A stretch of 64,000 nt of DNA from an uncultured Alphaproteobacteria bacterium (GCA_963816745.1 CAWFLQ010000003.1:304187-368186), one strand, 5' to 3'. Numbered from the stretch's first letter, positions 29,145-39,693 are shown. The notes: generated by a model from the sequence alone, not told the origin. Translations and numbers: made by a program.

Positions 29145-30944
29145 ATGCGTCGCTTGCCGTGGCGACTGATGGCTGCCGCGACGGGACTGCTGGCGCTGAC
29201 CCTGACGGTCCATGCCCAGTGGCAAAGACCGCACGAGCGAGCAGGCTCGGTGACCATTCTCACGGATGGTATTGCCGAGCCCAACAGCCGCGCGACGCGG
29301 GCCATCAACGAGCTCGCCAAGGAAATCGGCAATGTGCGAGTCCTGCCGATCGCCGGCCATGGAGCCGCCGTCAACGTGCGCGACCTCGTCCAACTGCGCG
29401 GCGTGGACCTGGCTGTCCTCAACAGCGATATCTTCCTGTTCCTCGATCAGACTCGCCAATCCCTGGCGGCGCGGGACCACATTCGCTATGTAGCCCATAT
29501 CTACAATCAGAAGGTCTACCTTCTGGCCCGCAAGAAATTCAACACGATCAAAGATTTCCGCGGGCGCAAGCTCGGCGTTCTGTCCAGCGGGACCGGCAGC
29601 CACACGACCGCGACGACGCTGTTCGGCCTGCTCCATATCGATGTGGCGTTGCACGCGCTGGACTCAGATGCGCACCTCGACGATGCAACTCTCGAAAGAC
29701 TCGACGGCGTCTTGCTGCTGAGCGATGAGCTCGCGAGAGTCCGCCTGAGTGCGCAGGCGCGCCAGGAGCTTCGCGTCCTGCCGATCGGCCTGACACCGGC
29801 GATGCGAAGCGCCTATCGACCCGCCGTGATCGAACCGCAGGAGCTCCCCGGCCTTCCCGTCACGGCAAACACGGAGACCATCGCGGTATCTACGCTTCTG
29901 GCCGCATACAACTGGAAGGCTTCGCAAGCGCGGTTCGCCGACGTGTCGAAATTCTCGACAGGACTGTTCTCCGCCCTCCCAAAACTGCGCCAGAATGCAA
30001 ACTCGGTCTGGCGGCAAGCGGATATCAACGCGCAGATCGAGGGATGGCCACGGCACAGCGCGGCTCAACCGCGCCGCGCGCTCGGCAAGGCGCCGCCCGC
30101 TGCGCCGGCCCTCGCCGAGGAGACTACCGCGGCGATTCCTCTCGCTGTTGCGCCCTCTCCTGCGGCGGCGGCCCCGCGCGCAAAGATCACGGTGTTGGCC
30201 ATGGGCAGGGCACCGTTGGCCGACGAGCAGCTGCCGCAGGGGGGCCTGATACCGGAACTCTTGAGGAGCAGCCTCGGCAAGGCGAGGCCGAGTGGCGCGG
30301 GTTCGGAGATCGAGCTGCGGTGGACGATGGCGGCGCCCGTCAAATCGCTGCTGAGCGATGCCTCCGTGGACATCTCCTTGCCGTGGGACGGCGCCGATTG
30401 CGAGCGGCCCAATGACCTCGTCCAGGCCTCCGCGGTCTTGTGCGACAACGCACTCTATTCGGATCCGATCCTCGATGTCGTCGTCGGCCTGTTCACGCGG
30501 TCGGACAGCAACTTCAGGTTCGACACCGACGAGAGCATTTTCGGCAGGACCATTTGCATTTCCGGTGACCAGGATGTTTCCCTCCTCAACGGCCTGGGCC
30601 GCGGTTGGCTTTCGCAGAAGCGGGTCATAGCGGTCCGGCAACCGACGCTGCTCGATTGCGTAAGCGCGGTGCAGACGCAGGAGGTCGACGCCTTTGTCGC
30701 CAGCGATCTTGAAGGGCGGTATGTGCTCGACCGCCTGGGATTGTCAGGACATTTCAGGATGGCGGAGCGCCAGCTCGGGATACGCGGCGTCCACGCGGTC
30801 GCGTCCAGGGAGCACGCTCACGCGTCCGAGCTCATCGCTGCGGTGAACCGGGGTCTGAAGGAGCTCAAGGCGAGCGGCGCATACGCGACCATCGTCCGCA
30901 GCCATCTCACGCGACTATGGAATGCGCGGGCGGGCACGCCGTGA
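29145..30944 (+). CDS. Periplasmic two-module solute-binding-like protein (TAXI/NMT1-like N-terminal half, SBP_bac_3-like C-terminal half)
   Basis: Signal MRRLPWRLMAAATGLLALTLTVHAQ. The C-terminal module (..WDGADCERPNDLVQASAVLCDNALYSDP..AFVASDLEGRYVL..LKELKASGAYATIVRSHLTRLW) is paralogous to the SBP module of 31851..33126. Confidence 0.7.
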   Translation: MRRLPWRLMAAATGLLALTLTVHAQWQRPHERAGSVTILTDGIAEPNSRATRAINELAKEIGNVRVLPIAGHGAAVNVRDLVQLRGVDLAVLNSDIFLFLDQTRQSLAARDHIRYVAHIYNQKVYLLARKKFNTIKDFRGRKLGVLSSGTGSHTTATTLFGLLHIDVALHALDSDAHLDDATLERLDGVLLLSDELARVRLSAQARQELRVLPIGLTPAMRSAYRPAVIEPQELPGLPVTANTETIAVSTLLAAYNWKASQARFADVSKFSTGLFSALPKLRQNANSVWRQADINAQIEGWPRHSAAQPRRALGKAPPAAPALAEETTAAIPLAVAPSPAAAAPRAKITVLAMGRAPLADEQLPQGGLIPELLRSSLGKARPSGAGSEIELRWTMAAPVKSLLSDASVDISLPWDGADCERPNDLVQASAVLCDNALYSDPILDVVVGLFTRSDSNFRFDTDESIFGRTICISGDQDVSLLNGLGRGWLSQKRVIAVRQPTLLDCVSAVQTQEVDAFVASDLEGRYVLDRLGLSGHFRMAERQLGIRGVHAVASREHAHASELIAAVNRGLKELKASGAYATIVRSHLTRLWNARAGTP

Positions 30945-30963
30945 GCGCCGCGAAGTTTGCATG

Positions 30964-31833
30964 CTACTTCTCGATGTACGAGAGAGCGCGATGCGCGATG
31001 CGACCGGTCACCCCGAGCGCGGATTGCGCGCGCCGATCGCGCACGCTCAGCAGCAGCGCGGACAACGCCGCGTCGAGCGCGTCAGCGCCGCTGGCTTGCC
31101 ACTCGGCTTCGGCCGGCGCGCGCTCATTTTCTCGCAGCAGGGCAAGCGCATTTACGGTCGAGACCATGACGATATCCCGGAACAGCGCGCCGCACTCGCC
31201 GCGCAGCCGGGTCGAGAGCTTCTCGCTGTCCCGGGCATTGGCCACAAGATCGGCATGGGTCGCGACCAGCAGACCGCGCGAGCGCAGGCGCGCGGGCATT
31301 TCGCCCCATGCCACCCGCTCGCTCTCCTTCCACGCCTGCGTGCAGACCGTGCACCACAGGACGGCGTCGACGGCGTGGGCGGCGAGATCGACATCTCCCG
31401 GGCCGGCTAGGCCCGGCAGATCGAGGACTTGCGCGGCGCGCAGTCCCGGCGACGGCAGCCCGACCTCGAGGCGAAAGACCGATTGCGGCAGCGTCTTTCG
31501 GTCCGCGCGCAGCTGAACCCGCCGGCCGGGGTGGGACACGGCCCAGATCTCGGGCTCATCGGCATAATAAAGAAGTGTGGGAAAGCGCGTGTTCGAGATT
31601 GCCGCCGTCGGCAGGCTCTCGATCCGCCCCAGCAGGTTGGCCAGGGAGGACTTGCCCGAATTGACCTCCCCACAGATGGCAAGGCGCAGCGGGCGATCCA
31701 GGCGCTGCTCCATGCGCCGCAAGGCGCGGATGGCCGGAAACAGTTTCGATCCGCGCGAGGCCGCCCGTTCGAGCCCGCCGCGTGCCTGTCTCAGCTCGGC
31801 GACGATCCTGCCGGTCAGCGGGTGATCCGACAC
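30964..31833 (-). CDS. Small dynamin-family-like GTPase (GTPase domain only)
   Basis: G1: ICGEVNSGKSSLANLL. G3: VLDLPGL. G4-like: LVATHADL. 289 aa; last gene of a tight three-gene operon. Confidence 0.75.
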   Translation of the reverse strand: MSDHPLTGRIVAELRQARGGLERAASRGSKLFPAIRALRRMEQRLDRPLRLAICGEVNSGKSSLANLLGRIESLPTAAISNTRFPTLLYYADEPEIWAVSHPGRRVQLRADRKTLPQSVFRLEVGLPSPGLRAAQVLDLPGLAGPGDVDLAAHAVDAVLWCTVCTQAWKESERVAWGEMPARLRSRGLLVATHADLVANARDSEKLSTRLRGECGALFRDIVMVSTVNALALLRENERAPAEAEWQASGADALDAALSALLLSVRDRRAQSALGVTGRIAHRALSYIEK

Positions 31834-31850
31834 GGCCCGCGTTCACCCGA

Positions 31851-33126
31851 TTACTTTTTTGTGACCTCGGTGTTTGCCTGGGGAGCGGGCGCCGGCGCAG
31901 CGTCCTTTCTTGCCGCCGCCGACGCGGGGGACGCAGCAGGCGTGACGCTGATCGCCGGATTCGGCGCGCCCTGCGCCTCCCAGAAGCGCGCAAGATGCCG
32001 CTCGACGATCCGATCGTACTCGCCGCTGTCGCGCAGCTTCTCGAGCGAGCTGTTCACATAATAGAGAATGGTGCGCGCATGCGGATGCGATTTGGAGACC
32101 AGCGCATGGTAGGTGGTGAGTGCGATCGGCTGGTCGATCATGCTCACCTTGTCGCCGAGCCCGAGCGACGTGATGCTGGCGCGCCCCGCCAACTCCGCCT
32201 CCACCACGCCGTCGACCGTGCCGTTGTCGAGCAGGCGGAAGCACTCGTCGACCGTCGGCGGCCGCATCAGGACGACCTTGCCGTCCTTCACCCAGTTCCG
32301 TCCGTGGTCGTCGAGCTCATGGACCGGCTGACCGGCGGGAATGCACAGCGTCGCGCCGGCAATCTCTTCGCTGCGCAGCGACTTGATCCGCGAGTTTGCC
32401 CGCACGAACAATCCGGTAAACCCCTCGTAGAGCGGCTCGGAGAAAAAGAAGCGCTGACAGCGGAACTGTGACGTCGGCGCGAGATTGACGGCGTCGCAAT
32501 TCGGGCGGGCCCAGGGAAAGCCGACGTCGAACGCACGCGTCAGCAGCAACGGATTGAGGTGCGCCGACCAATCGTTGACCCATGCCACCCCGTAGTCGAA
32601 GCGACCCTTGGCCTCTTCCTTGACCACGCCCATGGCCGCGGCGATCACCTGGGTCAGCATGCCCCCGGCTTCCAGCGAGCGTCCGGTGTAAGGCGCGAAG
32701 CCATCGGCCGTCAGAAACTCGACACGCCGCACCAGCGACGAAATGAAGATGGCCTGCTCGCTCGGCGTCTGCGTCTGGGCCGGCGTGGTGGCAACGGCAG
32801 GCAGGGACTGGGACTGCTGCGCTCCGCCGACACACGGCAGCCTGAGCGTAAAGCCCGGGAATCAGCAAGGACACGTTGCTGCCGAGACGGTCCTGATTGG
32901 CATAGAAGATGATCGTCCATTGTCCCGGGTTGCCGTAAACCCGAGCGGCGATCTGGGCGAGCGTCTCGCCCTCCTTGATCGTGTAGTCCGTGCCGCAGGT
33001 CTGGGCTTCCGCCGCCGTCGGCCGCAGCAGCCCGACCAATGCGAGTACGAGAGAGGCGAGCACAATAATTGCGCGCGGAAGGACGCCGCTGACGCCCGAG
33101 ATCACTCGCACCATGACATCCCCCAA
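31851..33126 (-). pseudogene. Exported LysM-domain + SBP_bac_3-like protein; one apparent 1-nt frameshift between the domains
   Basis: Signal plus LysM: ..CGTDYTIKEGETLAQIAARVYGNPGQWTIIFYANQDRLGSNVSLLIPGL. The frame shifts at the A-run 32850-32852. The continuing frame reads TLRLPCVGGAQQSQSLPAV..VRRVEFLTADGFAPYTG....ERHLARFWEA. Confidence 0.7.
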
Positions 33127-33133
33127 TCACAAA

Positions 33134-35356
33134 CTATGGACTCACGACAACCTGCTGATCTTCTCGGCGCACATCCTGATCAATGCTCTCCAGTCGGTCA
33201 GCCAGGAGGCTCATCTCCAGGCGTTCAGCCAGGAAGCTCATGTCGGACGCCCGCTGCTCGAGCTCGGCGACCCGGGCCTCCCGGATCCGCTGCAGCTCTG
33301 CCGCCTCCCGCTGCGAATCTTCGTCAGAGCTCGATGCGCTCGCTTGCTCGCGCCGTGCCCGGCTCTGCTCCTTGAGGAGATCAAGCAGGCCCACATATAT
33401 GACGTTGGCTTCTTCAAGAGCAGACGACTGTCGCGCCTCGAGCTGCGTGCGAGCGGTCTGCGCAAGCGTGCCCGCAATCGCGGAGAATTCGTTCTCGATC
33501 AGGCGGTCGAGCGCAGCGGCGTGCCGTTCACTGCTTCGGCCGGGTTTCCACCAGCGCTTCCACCACGGTTCATCGAGCTGCAAGACGATGCTCGGTGTGC
33601 CGAGCGTGGGCAGCTCCAAGCTGCCGGGCTCGCCGCCGCCCCCCTCCGGGCTCGCCCATTGCGGATTGTATCGTTTCAGCACCTGCTGCAGCTGGAGCCT
33701 AAGCTCGGTCTCGAGCTTGCCCATCTCCTGCTCAGCCGCGCGATAGGCGGCGACCAGCGCCTCTTCGAGCTGCTGGCGCAGCAGCGCGAGGTCGCAGCTC
33801 CAGACACCGCTGCCGGCCTGCCCCTCGGCAATCGCGTCGCGCAGCTTCCGGCATTCCGCATCGGAAAAGCTTCGCATCGCGGCCTGCAAAGCGTCGGCGA
33901 TTTTCGTGCACTGGCCTTCGATCAAAAGATTGCCGCGCTCATGCGCATCGGTCAGCACGGTCTTGACCTCGGCATCGGCGGCTCGCAGCTCCTCGTCGCC
34001 TTCCTCCTGGTCGGCGCCCCCTTCCACTTCCGTGAGCGCGTGCCGAGCCGCGTTCTCGCCTACCCCGGCCAATTCGCGGAACGCTCTCGATACCCGAGTC
34101 AGCACGCGACCCGTGTGACCCTCCAGCGCTAGCTGAGCGAGAACGTCGAACAGCGCCGGCAGCCCCGAGCAGAGGAACAGGCTGCGGGCGCGCTGCTCCT
34201 TGTCGGCGTCCCCTGCCCCGAGAGCCCCAGCACCTGCAGAGGACCCTGCCTGTTGTGACAAATACTGCGCATAGGCCCTCGTCTTGGCGGACCATGCCTC
34301 CTCGACATCGGCCTCCGAGCCGCGTAGCGCGGTGTCGGCCCAGAATGCGCTGCCGGCCACGACCGCAAACTCCGACTCTGGAAGCTCGCGGCGCAAACCC
34401 TCGCGGACATGCTGCACGATCGCCGCTGCGTCACGCGCGACGTCGCCGAGCTGGTCGATGCGGTTGAGGAACACCACGATGCGATCCTTGCTGAGTCCCC
34501 GCAGGATGCGGAGCAAGGCGACATCGGCGGGTGACAGGGCCTGCTGCGGAGTCAGCACCACGATATGGAGATGGGCGCTCTCGAGCGCGCGCCGGGCGAT
34601 TTCGTCGCGGACCAGATACGGATCGTTTGTCCCGGGTGTATCGATGATGGTGGTCGGGAAGCCGAAATCGCTTCTGTCGAAATAGATATCCGCTGTCTTG
34701 ATGACATCGGAGTAGACGCCTTTCTCTTCTGCCGCGGTGTCGGGCAGGCTGGCGCAGATGTATTTCTCGAGCACCTCTGCCGACAGCGTGGAAAACACGT
34801 GCTTGTTGCCGAGCAGGGAGTCGAGCGCAGGCCCCAGCCGCGATTCCGACCGCCGGCGCATGGCGTCCACCTGCTTGTGCAGCAGCTCGACCTTGAAGCC
34901 GGGCACCAGGCTCTGCGTGAGCTCGCGGAGCTGCCCGCCGCCATTGGCCAACTGCTCCCATTCATTGCGCTCGAAGAACGAGAACTCGGCGGCCACGTTG
35001 ACCGGCGCATCGGCACGGCCGAAATGCAGGCGCGTCACCGCGGTCGTCCAGGGATTGACGTCGGTCGGAAGCAGACCCGGTTTGCCCACAAGGGCGTTGA
35101 TCAGGCTGCTCTTGCCTGCCTTCACCTGTCCGATGACGCCGATGCGGCACGTCAATCGGCCGAGCATGCGCAACGTGTCATCGACGAAGGAGCCGCCCTG
35201 CAACAACGCCTGCGTCCACTGCAGCTCTTGTCCGCACGCGATCAGCTCCGACCGGAAGGTCGCGAGCTTGTCGCCGATCTGCCGTCCACCAAATTGCCTG
35301 ACCTGCGCCTCGGTCGCGACCGCGGCGGCTGCGCTCGTACGCACTCGGAGAAACAA
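33134..35356 (-). CDS. Bacterial dynamin-like protein (large GTPase with a long helical C-terminal region)
   Basis: G1: VIGQVKAGKSSLINALVG. G3: TIIDTPGTNDP. G4: VVFLNRIDQL. About 450 aa of helical, Glu/Arg/Leu-rich sequence follows. The exact start is uncertain. Confidence 0.8.
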   Translation of the reverse strand: MFLRVRTSAAAAVATEAQVRQFGGRQIGDKLATFRSELIACGQELQWTQALLQGGSFVDDTLRMLGRLTCRIGVIGQVKAGKSSLINALVGKPGLLPTDVNPWTTAVTRLHFGRADAPVNVAAEFSFFERNEWEQLANGGGQLRELTQSLVPGFKVELLHKQVDAMRRRSESRLGPALDSLLGNKHVFSTLSAEVLEKYICASLPDTAAEEKGVYSDVIKTADIYFDRSDFGFPTTIIDTPGTNDPYLVRDEIARRALESAHLHIVVLTPQQALSPADVALLRILRGLSKDRIVVFLNRIDQLGDVARDAAAIVQHVREGLRRELPESEFAVVAGSAFWADTALRGSEADVEEAWSAKTRAYAQYLSQQAGSSAGAGALGAGDADKEQRARSLFLCSGLPALFDVLAQLALEGHTGRVLTRVSRAFRELAGVGENAARHALTEVEGGADQEEGDEELRAADAEVKTVLTDAHERGNLLIEGQCTKIADALQAAMRSFSDAECRKLRDAIAEGQAGSGVWSCDLALLRQQLEEALVAAYRAAEQEMGKLETELRLQLQQVLKRYNPQWASPEGGGGEPGSLELPTLGTPSIVLQLDEPWWKRWWKPGRSSERHAAALDRLIENEFSAIAGTLAQTARTQLEARQSSALEEANVIYVGLLDLLKEQSRARREQASASSSDEDSQREAAELQRIREARVAELEQRASDMSFLAERLEMSLLADRLESIDQDVRREDQQVVVSP

Positions 35357-35669
35357 GCAGCGGATCCGGCACGATCATTCCCATGACGCTATCCGGAGAA
35401 CAGCGACGCGCAGCTAAACAAGCAGGTCATGTCGCCCCTTCCCCAATTTTACACGAAGCTTAGCGGAGAGCCCAAGACCGTGCCAACAACTTACAAAGTG
35501 ATGCCGGCATTTGTGCACCGACATCAGCGTTCGGTGGTGGCGAGATGCCACCCGGTTCCACGGAACTGCACATTGTTGCGCGTCGGTGCGTGCGTTTACC
35601 TCCGGGCATCGATCGCGTTCGCGAATGTTCCGTTCTTTCCAACCAGCGCAAGCGCAGCCATCCGACTGT

Positions 35670-35703
35670 CACGATCGCGCCACGATCGCGAAACACGATC
35701 GCG
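35670..35703 (+). promoter_or_regulatory. Three direct CACGATCGCG boxes upstream of the dctP-like gene (candidate operator)
   Basis: CACGATCGCG occurs at 35670-35679, 35681-35690 and 35694-35703. Each copy contains the CGATCG palindrome. The last box ends 27 nt before ATG 35730. Confidence 0.3.
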
Positions 35704-35729
35704 CGGATTAAATCAGCGGGAAAAAAATT

Positions 35730-36797
35730 ATGCGGTGCGTGGTGGCATCGGCGCGATGCCGTGGCCTGTTGTTGGCATATCCGTTGTTGGCATCTCTGCT
35801 GTTGGCCCCCTTCGCAGCGCAAGCTCAGCAAGTCAAGCTCCGGCTCACATCGCAATTGCCCAGCTCGCACTATGCCGGCATCAACCTGGCGCAATTCAAG
35901 GACGAGGTGGAAAGGCGCACCGACAAGGCCCTCACGATCGAAATCTTCGACGACGGCCGCCTGTACAAGGACGACCAGGTCGTCGGCGCGGTGTCCTCCG
36001 GCGCCATCGAGATGGGTTTCCTCATCAGCGATTGGTTCGCCGAGAAGGTCGCGGCCGTCAGCATCTTGCAGCAGCCGTTCCTGTTCAATTTTGAAGCCTT
36101 GGTGAGGGCCGCGCTCAGCCCCGACCAGCACACGAGACGGCTGATCGACAAGGCAATTCTCGAATCGACCGGCAGCCGTGTCCTTTGGTGGTTGCCCTTT
36201 GGCTCCACGGTAATCTTGTCCAAGGGCCAACCCGCGGTCAGCCCCGCGGAAATAAGCAAGCAGAAGATACGCGTCTTCGGCACGGCGCTTGCGGCTTTCG
36301 TCGAGCGGTGCGGAGGCATCCCTGCGATGTTGAGCGCCGGCGACCAGCTTTCGGCGATGCAGGACGGCCGGGTCAACATGACCATGACCGGGGTCGTATC
36401 CGTCCCGGGGCGTCACCTTTGGAAGGTGACGGATACCATTACGCGAACGGATCACGCGGCAATCGAGGGGACGGTCATCATCAACGAAGCGGTGTGGCAA
36501 CGGCTGAGCGAAGGCCACAAGATCGTCATCACGGAGGTCGCCCGCAAGGTCGAGCAAAAGCTGCGGGATGAGATCGCCCGGTTGGAGGATGATGCCTACC
36601 GCTTTGCGCGCGAAAAAGGCATGAAGGTCTACAATCTGGCGCCGCATCATGTGGCCGAGTGGCGCGCCTGCAGCGCCCCTGTCGTGGATGCCTTCATGAT
36701 GGAGGGCGGGGAATTGGCGCTACAGCTGATGCGGGCCTACGGAAAACTGCGGACGTCACCCTGCTGCAGCGCGGGCCCGGCAGGCACCGCCCGCTAG
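35730..36797 (+). CDS. TRAP transporter substrate-binding protein (DctP family)
   Basis: Signal ..LLASLLLAPFAAQAQQ. ..LRLTSQLPSSHYAGINLAQFKDEVERRT.. is a typical DctP-type start. Confidence 0.8.
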   Translation: MRCVVASARCRGLLLAYPLLASLLLAPFAAQAQQVKLRLTSQLPSSHYAGINLAQFKDEVERRTDKALTIEIFDDGRLYKDDQVVGAVSSGAIEMGFLISDWFAEKVAAVSILQQPFLFNFEALVRAALSPDQHTRRLIDKAILESTGSRVLWWLPFGSTVILSKGQPAVSPAEISKQKIRVFGTALAAFVERCGGIPAMLSAGDQLSAMQDGRVNMTMTGVVSVPGRHLWKVTDTITRTDHAAIEGTVIINEAVWQRLSEGHKIVITEVARKVEQKLRDEIARLEDDAYRFAREKGMKVYNLAPHHVAEWRACSAPVVDAFMMEGGELALQLMRAYGKLRTSPCCSAGPAGTAR

Positions 36798-36832
36798 CGA
36801 GGTTTGTTGTCAGTCCGCAGGTGCGGCGTCCG

Positions 36833-37399
36833 CTATTTGCACAGATACTTGCAGACGAAATTCTTGACCATGCTGAGCGGATTTTCAGACGCCCCTGAAC
36901 TCTCGCGGCGCTCCACAACTCGCTCTTGTTTCTGTTTTCCCTCTGGCGCCGCGACCTTGCGCTCTTTCTGTTTCGGCGCTTTTTCCGCGATCACCATCGC
37001 CCAGTAGGTTTTGTAACGTGTCTGCTCGTTGCGGGCGAAGGCCACTCCGACGCTGTCGGCGCGCGCCTGCAGCAGATTCGAATTGTGGCCCGGCGAAGTC
37101 TGCCACGCACGGAACGTCTCGGCCCAAGTCTTGGTCCCGGCCGCGATGTTCTCAGCGGCCGCGCCCACATGCGCACCGGACATCCGCGAGGAGAACGAGC
37201 CGGCCACGCTGTGGTCCATCGTGCCGGACGCGGCCATCGCCTTTGCCTGCTTTTCGGCGATGGCCGTGAGCTGGGGGTCGGTCTTGACGGTAGACAGGCC
37301 GTGCTCGCGGCGGTACCGCGAGATCACCTCTGCCATGTCTTCCGCGTGCGCCACCGTGGCCGTGATGGCCATGATCACGCCAAGCAAGACCGTCTTCAT
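36833..37399 (-). CDS. CAP (SCP/PR1-like) domain secreted protein
   Basis: Signal MKTVLLGVIMAITATVAHA. ..ISRYRREHGL..WQTSPGHNSNLL..VGVAFA. Confidence 0.8.
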   Translation of the reverse strand: MKTVLLGVIMAITATVAHAEDMAEVISRYRREHGLSTVKTDPQLTAIAEKQAKAMAASGTMDHSVAGSFSSRMSGAHVGAAAENIAAGTKTWAETFRAWQTSPGHNSNLLQARADSVGVAFARNEQTRYKTYWAMVIAEKAPKQKERKVAAPEGKQKQERVVERRESSGASENPLSMVKNFVCKYLCK

Positions 37400-37683
37400 T
37401 GCTTGCCCGTTTCCCCTGCAATGACCAAAATTCATCGCGGCTGGATAAGGCGAATATTAGGCGGCCCCTGACGCCCAGGTTGCGCCGCAGCAAGCGGGCC
37501 TGGGGCGATCTACGTGTGTGGGAGCAATCCGGCCAGCCCGGCGGGCCGTCCCCGATCCGCAAAATCCGGGACGGCCCTCACCCGCCACACAGGGTGCGTG
37601 CGACCATGTGGGGGCTACCTGGAAATTTAAGACAGCATTTGCGCAGCGGCCGGACGCATTCTTCTTAAGGTTAGCCCTCAACC

Positions 37684-38760
37684 CTAATTCCGCCGCCCAA
37701 GTCCCTGCTTGATGCGCATCACGTAGCTGATGACCTCGGCCACCGCCTGGTAGTGCTCGGCCGGAATCTCCTGCTCGATCTCGACGGCGGCGTGCAGCGC
37801 GCGCGCAAGCGGCGGATTCTCCACGATCGGGATTGCGTGCTCGCCGGCGACCTCGCGAATCTTGCGCGCGACCGCATCGACGCCCTTGGCGACGCAGAGC
37901 GGCGCGTTCATGCCGCGATCGTATTTCAGGGCCACGGCGAAGTGCGTCGGGTTGGTGATGACGACCGTGGCCTGCGGCACTGCCGCCATCATGCGCTTCC
38001 TCGCGCGCGCCAGGCGGATCTGCCTGATCTTGCCCTTGACCATGGGATCGCCTTCGCTCTGGCGATACTCGTCCTTGATCTCGCGCAGCGACATCTTCTG
38101 GCGCTGGAACCATTGGGTGTATTGGAACAGGTAGTCGGCAGCCGCGACCAGCGCGAGGATGGCGACCACGGCGCCGAGCATGTCGAGCGACAGCGATTTC
38201 ATGAGCGCCAGCAGGCCGGCGGGGTCGATCGCCACCATGCCCTCGAGACGCATGCGCTGGGGCCACAGCAGCGCCGTCACGATGCCGCCGATCAGCGCGA
38301 GCTTGAGCAGGCCCTTGATGAAATTGGCGATCGCCTGCTTGGAGAACAGGCGCTTCAGGCCGGCAAGCGGGGAAATCTTGGCGAGCTTCGGCGCCATCGA
38401 CTGGGTCGACCACACCAGGCGATGCTGGATCAGGTGGCCTATCGCCCCCGCGACCGCGAGCAGCAGCATCGGAATGGCGACGGCGGCGATCACCTCGAGG
38501 CCGAGCTTGGTCATCACGTGCAGGAAGCCGCGTCCGTCGACGCGGATGGCATAGGAATTGGCGAACAGGCCGCGCAACGTGCCGGCGAGCGAGCTCGCCA
38601 TCGCGCCCGAGAAGGTCATGAGAATGAGCGTCCCGCCGGCGATGACGAACCAGGCGCTGACCTCCTGGCTCTTGACCACGTCGCCGCGCTCGAGCGCCTC
38701 GTCGAGCCGTTTCTGGGTCGGGTCTTCCGAGCGTTCGGCGTCGTCGGTCTGGTCGGCCAT
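37684..38760 (-). CDS. flhB: Flagellar export apparatus protein FlhB
   Basis: ..SEDPTQKRLDEALERGDVVKSQEV.. and the autocleavage site VVITNPTHFAVAL. Confidence 0.9.
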   Translation of the reverse strand: MADQTDDAERSEDPTQKRLDEALERGDVVKSQEVSAWFVIAGGTLILMTFSGAMASSLAGTLRGLFANSYAIRVDGRGFLHVMTKLGLEVIAAVAIPMLLLAVAGAIGHLIQHRLVWSTQSMAPKLAKISPLAGLKRLFSKQAIANFIKGLLKLALIGGIVTALLWPQRMRLEGMVAIDPAGLLALMKSLSLDMLGAVVAILALVAAADYLFQYTQWFQRQKMSLREIKDEYRQSEGDPMVKGKIRQIRLARARKRMMAAVPQATVVITNPTHFAVALKYDRGMNAPLCVAKGVDAVARKIREVAGEHAIPIVENPPLARALHAAVEIEQEIPAEHYQAVAEVISYVMRIKQGLGRRN

Positions 38761-38823
38761 GGTCTACATTTCCAGTTGGCGCATGTCCTATCGGAAAACC
38801 GGCTCCCACTTTTCCGGGAGCAC

Positions 38824-38888
38824 CAGGGCGTTCACAGCATCAGCCCGCGAAGCGTCAGGGCGTTCACGCCCGTCTTCGCGGGCTATGC
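38824..38888. repeat. REP-like element (one and a half copies) in the flhB-fliR spacer
   Basis: CAGGGCGTTCAC.. at 38824, and the full CAGGGCGTTCACGCCCGTCTTCGCGGGCTATGC at 38856-38888. Compare 26563-26595. Confidence 0.6.
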
Positions 38889-38922
38889 TGTCTCCGCCCT
38901 TATGTCTTCGACGGGCCATGCG

Positions 38923-39693
38923 CTAGGAATTGGGCGTCAAGAGCTTGAGCACGGTCTCGACCGAGCCGAGAAACACGCCCATCATCGCGCCGACCGCGAG
39001 CACGAGGATCAAGAAGCCGACCAGGATCGACAGCGGAACGCCGACGAAGAACACCTGCATCTGCGGCATCAGGCGCGAGAGAATGCCGAGGCCGAGATTG
39101 AACAGCAGGCCGAACACCAGGAACGGCGCCGACAGCTGGATGCCGACGCGGAAGGCATTGGCGAGCGAGCGCGCCGTGAGCGCCGCGACGTCGCCGAGCA
39201 GCGGGATATCGCCGGGCTGGAACAGCGTATAGCTGTCGTTGAGCGCGGCGATCACGAGATGATGGAGGTCGAGCGCGAAGATCAGCGTGATACCGAGGAG
39301 CGTGAGGAAGTTCCCCAGGATGACGCCCTGCTGGCCCTGCGACGGATCGAAGGCGGTGACGAAACCCAGCCCCAGCTGCTGGGCAATGACCGAGCCGGCG
39401 ACGTGCAGCGCGGAAATGGTGAAGCGCGCAGTGAGACCCAGCACGGCGCCGATGAACAGCTCCTGCGCCAGCATCGCGATCACCGGACCGGACGAGCGCA
39501 GATCCAGCGCATAGGCGTCGCGGTGGAGCGGCAGCAGCACCGCGGTGAGCATGAGTGCGATGGCGAGACGCACCCGCACCGGCACGGCGAGCTCGCCGAG
39601 GCCCGGCAGCATCATCACCATCGTGCCGATGCGCGCGAACACCAGCATGAAGGTCGCGGCCAGCGCGGGCAGGAAGGAGACGTCGATTTTCAT
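38923..39693 (-). CDS. fliR: Flagellar export apparatus protein FliR
   Basis: 256-aa polytopic protein: ..FMLVFARIGTMVMMLPGLGE..; positioned between fliQ and flhB. Confidence 0.85.
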   Translation of the reverse strand: MKIDVSFLPALAATFMLVFARIGTMVMMLPGLGELAVPVRVRLAIALMLTAVLLPLHRDAYALDLRSSGPVIAMLAQELFIGAVLGLTARFTISALHVAGSVIAQQLGLGFVTAFDPSQGQQGVILGNFLTLLGITLIFALDLHHLVIAALNDSYTLFQPGDIPLLGDVAALTARSLANAFRVGIQLSAPFLVFGLLFNLGLGILSRLMPQMQVFFVGVPLSILVGFLILVLAVGAMMGVFLGSVETVLKLLTPNS

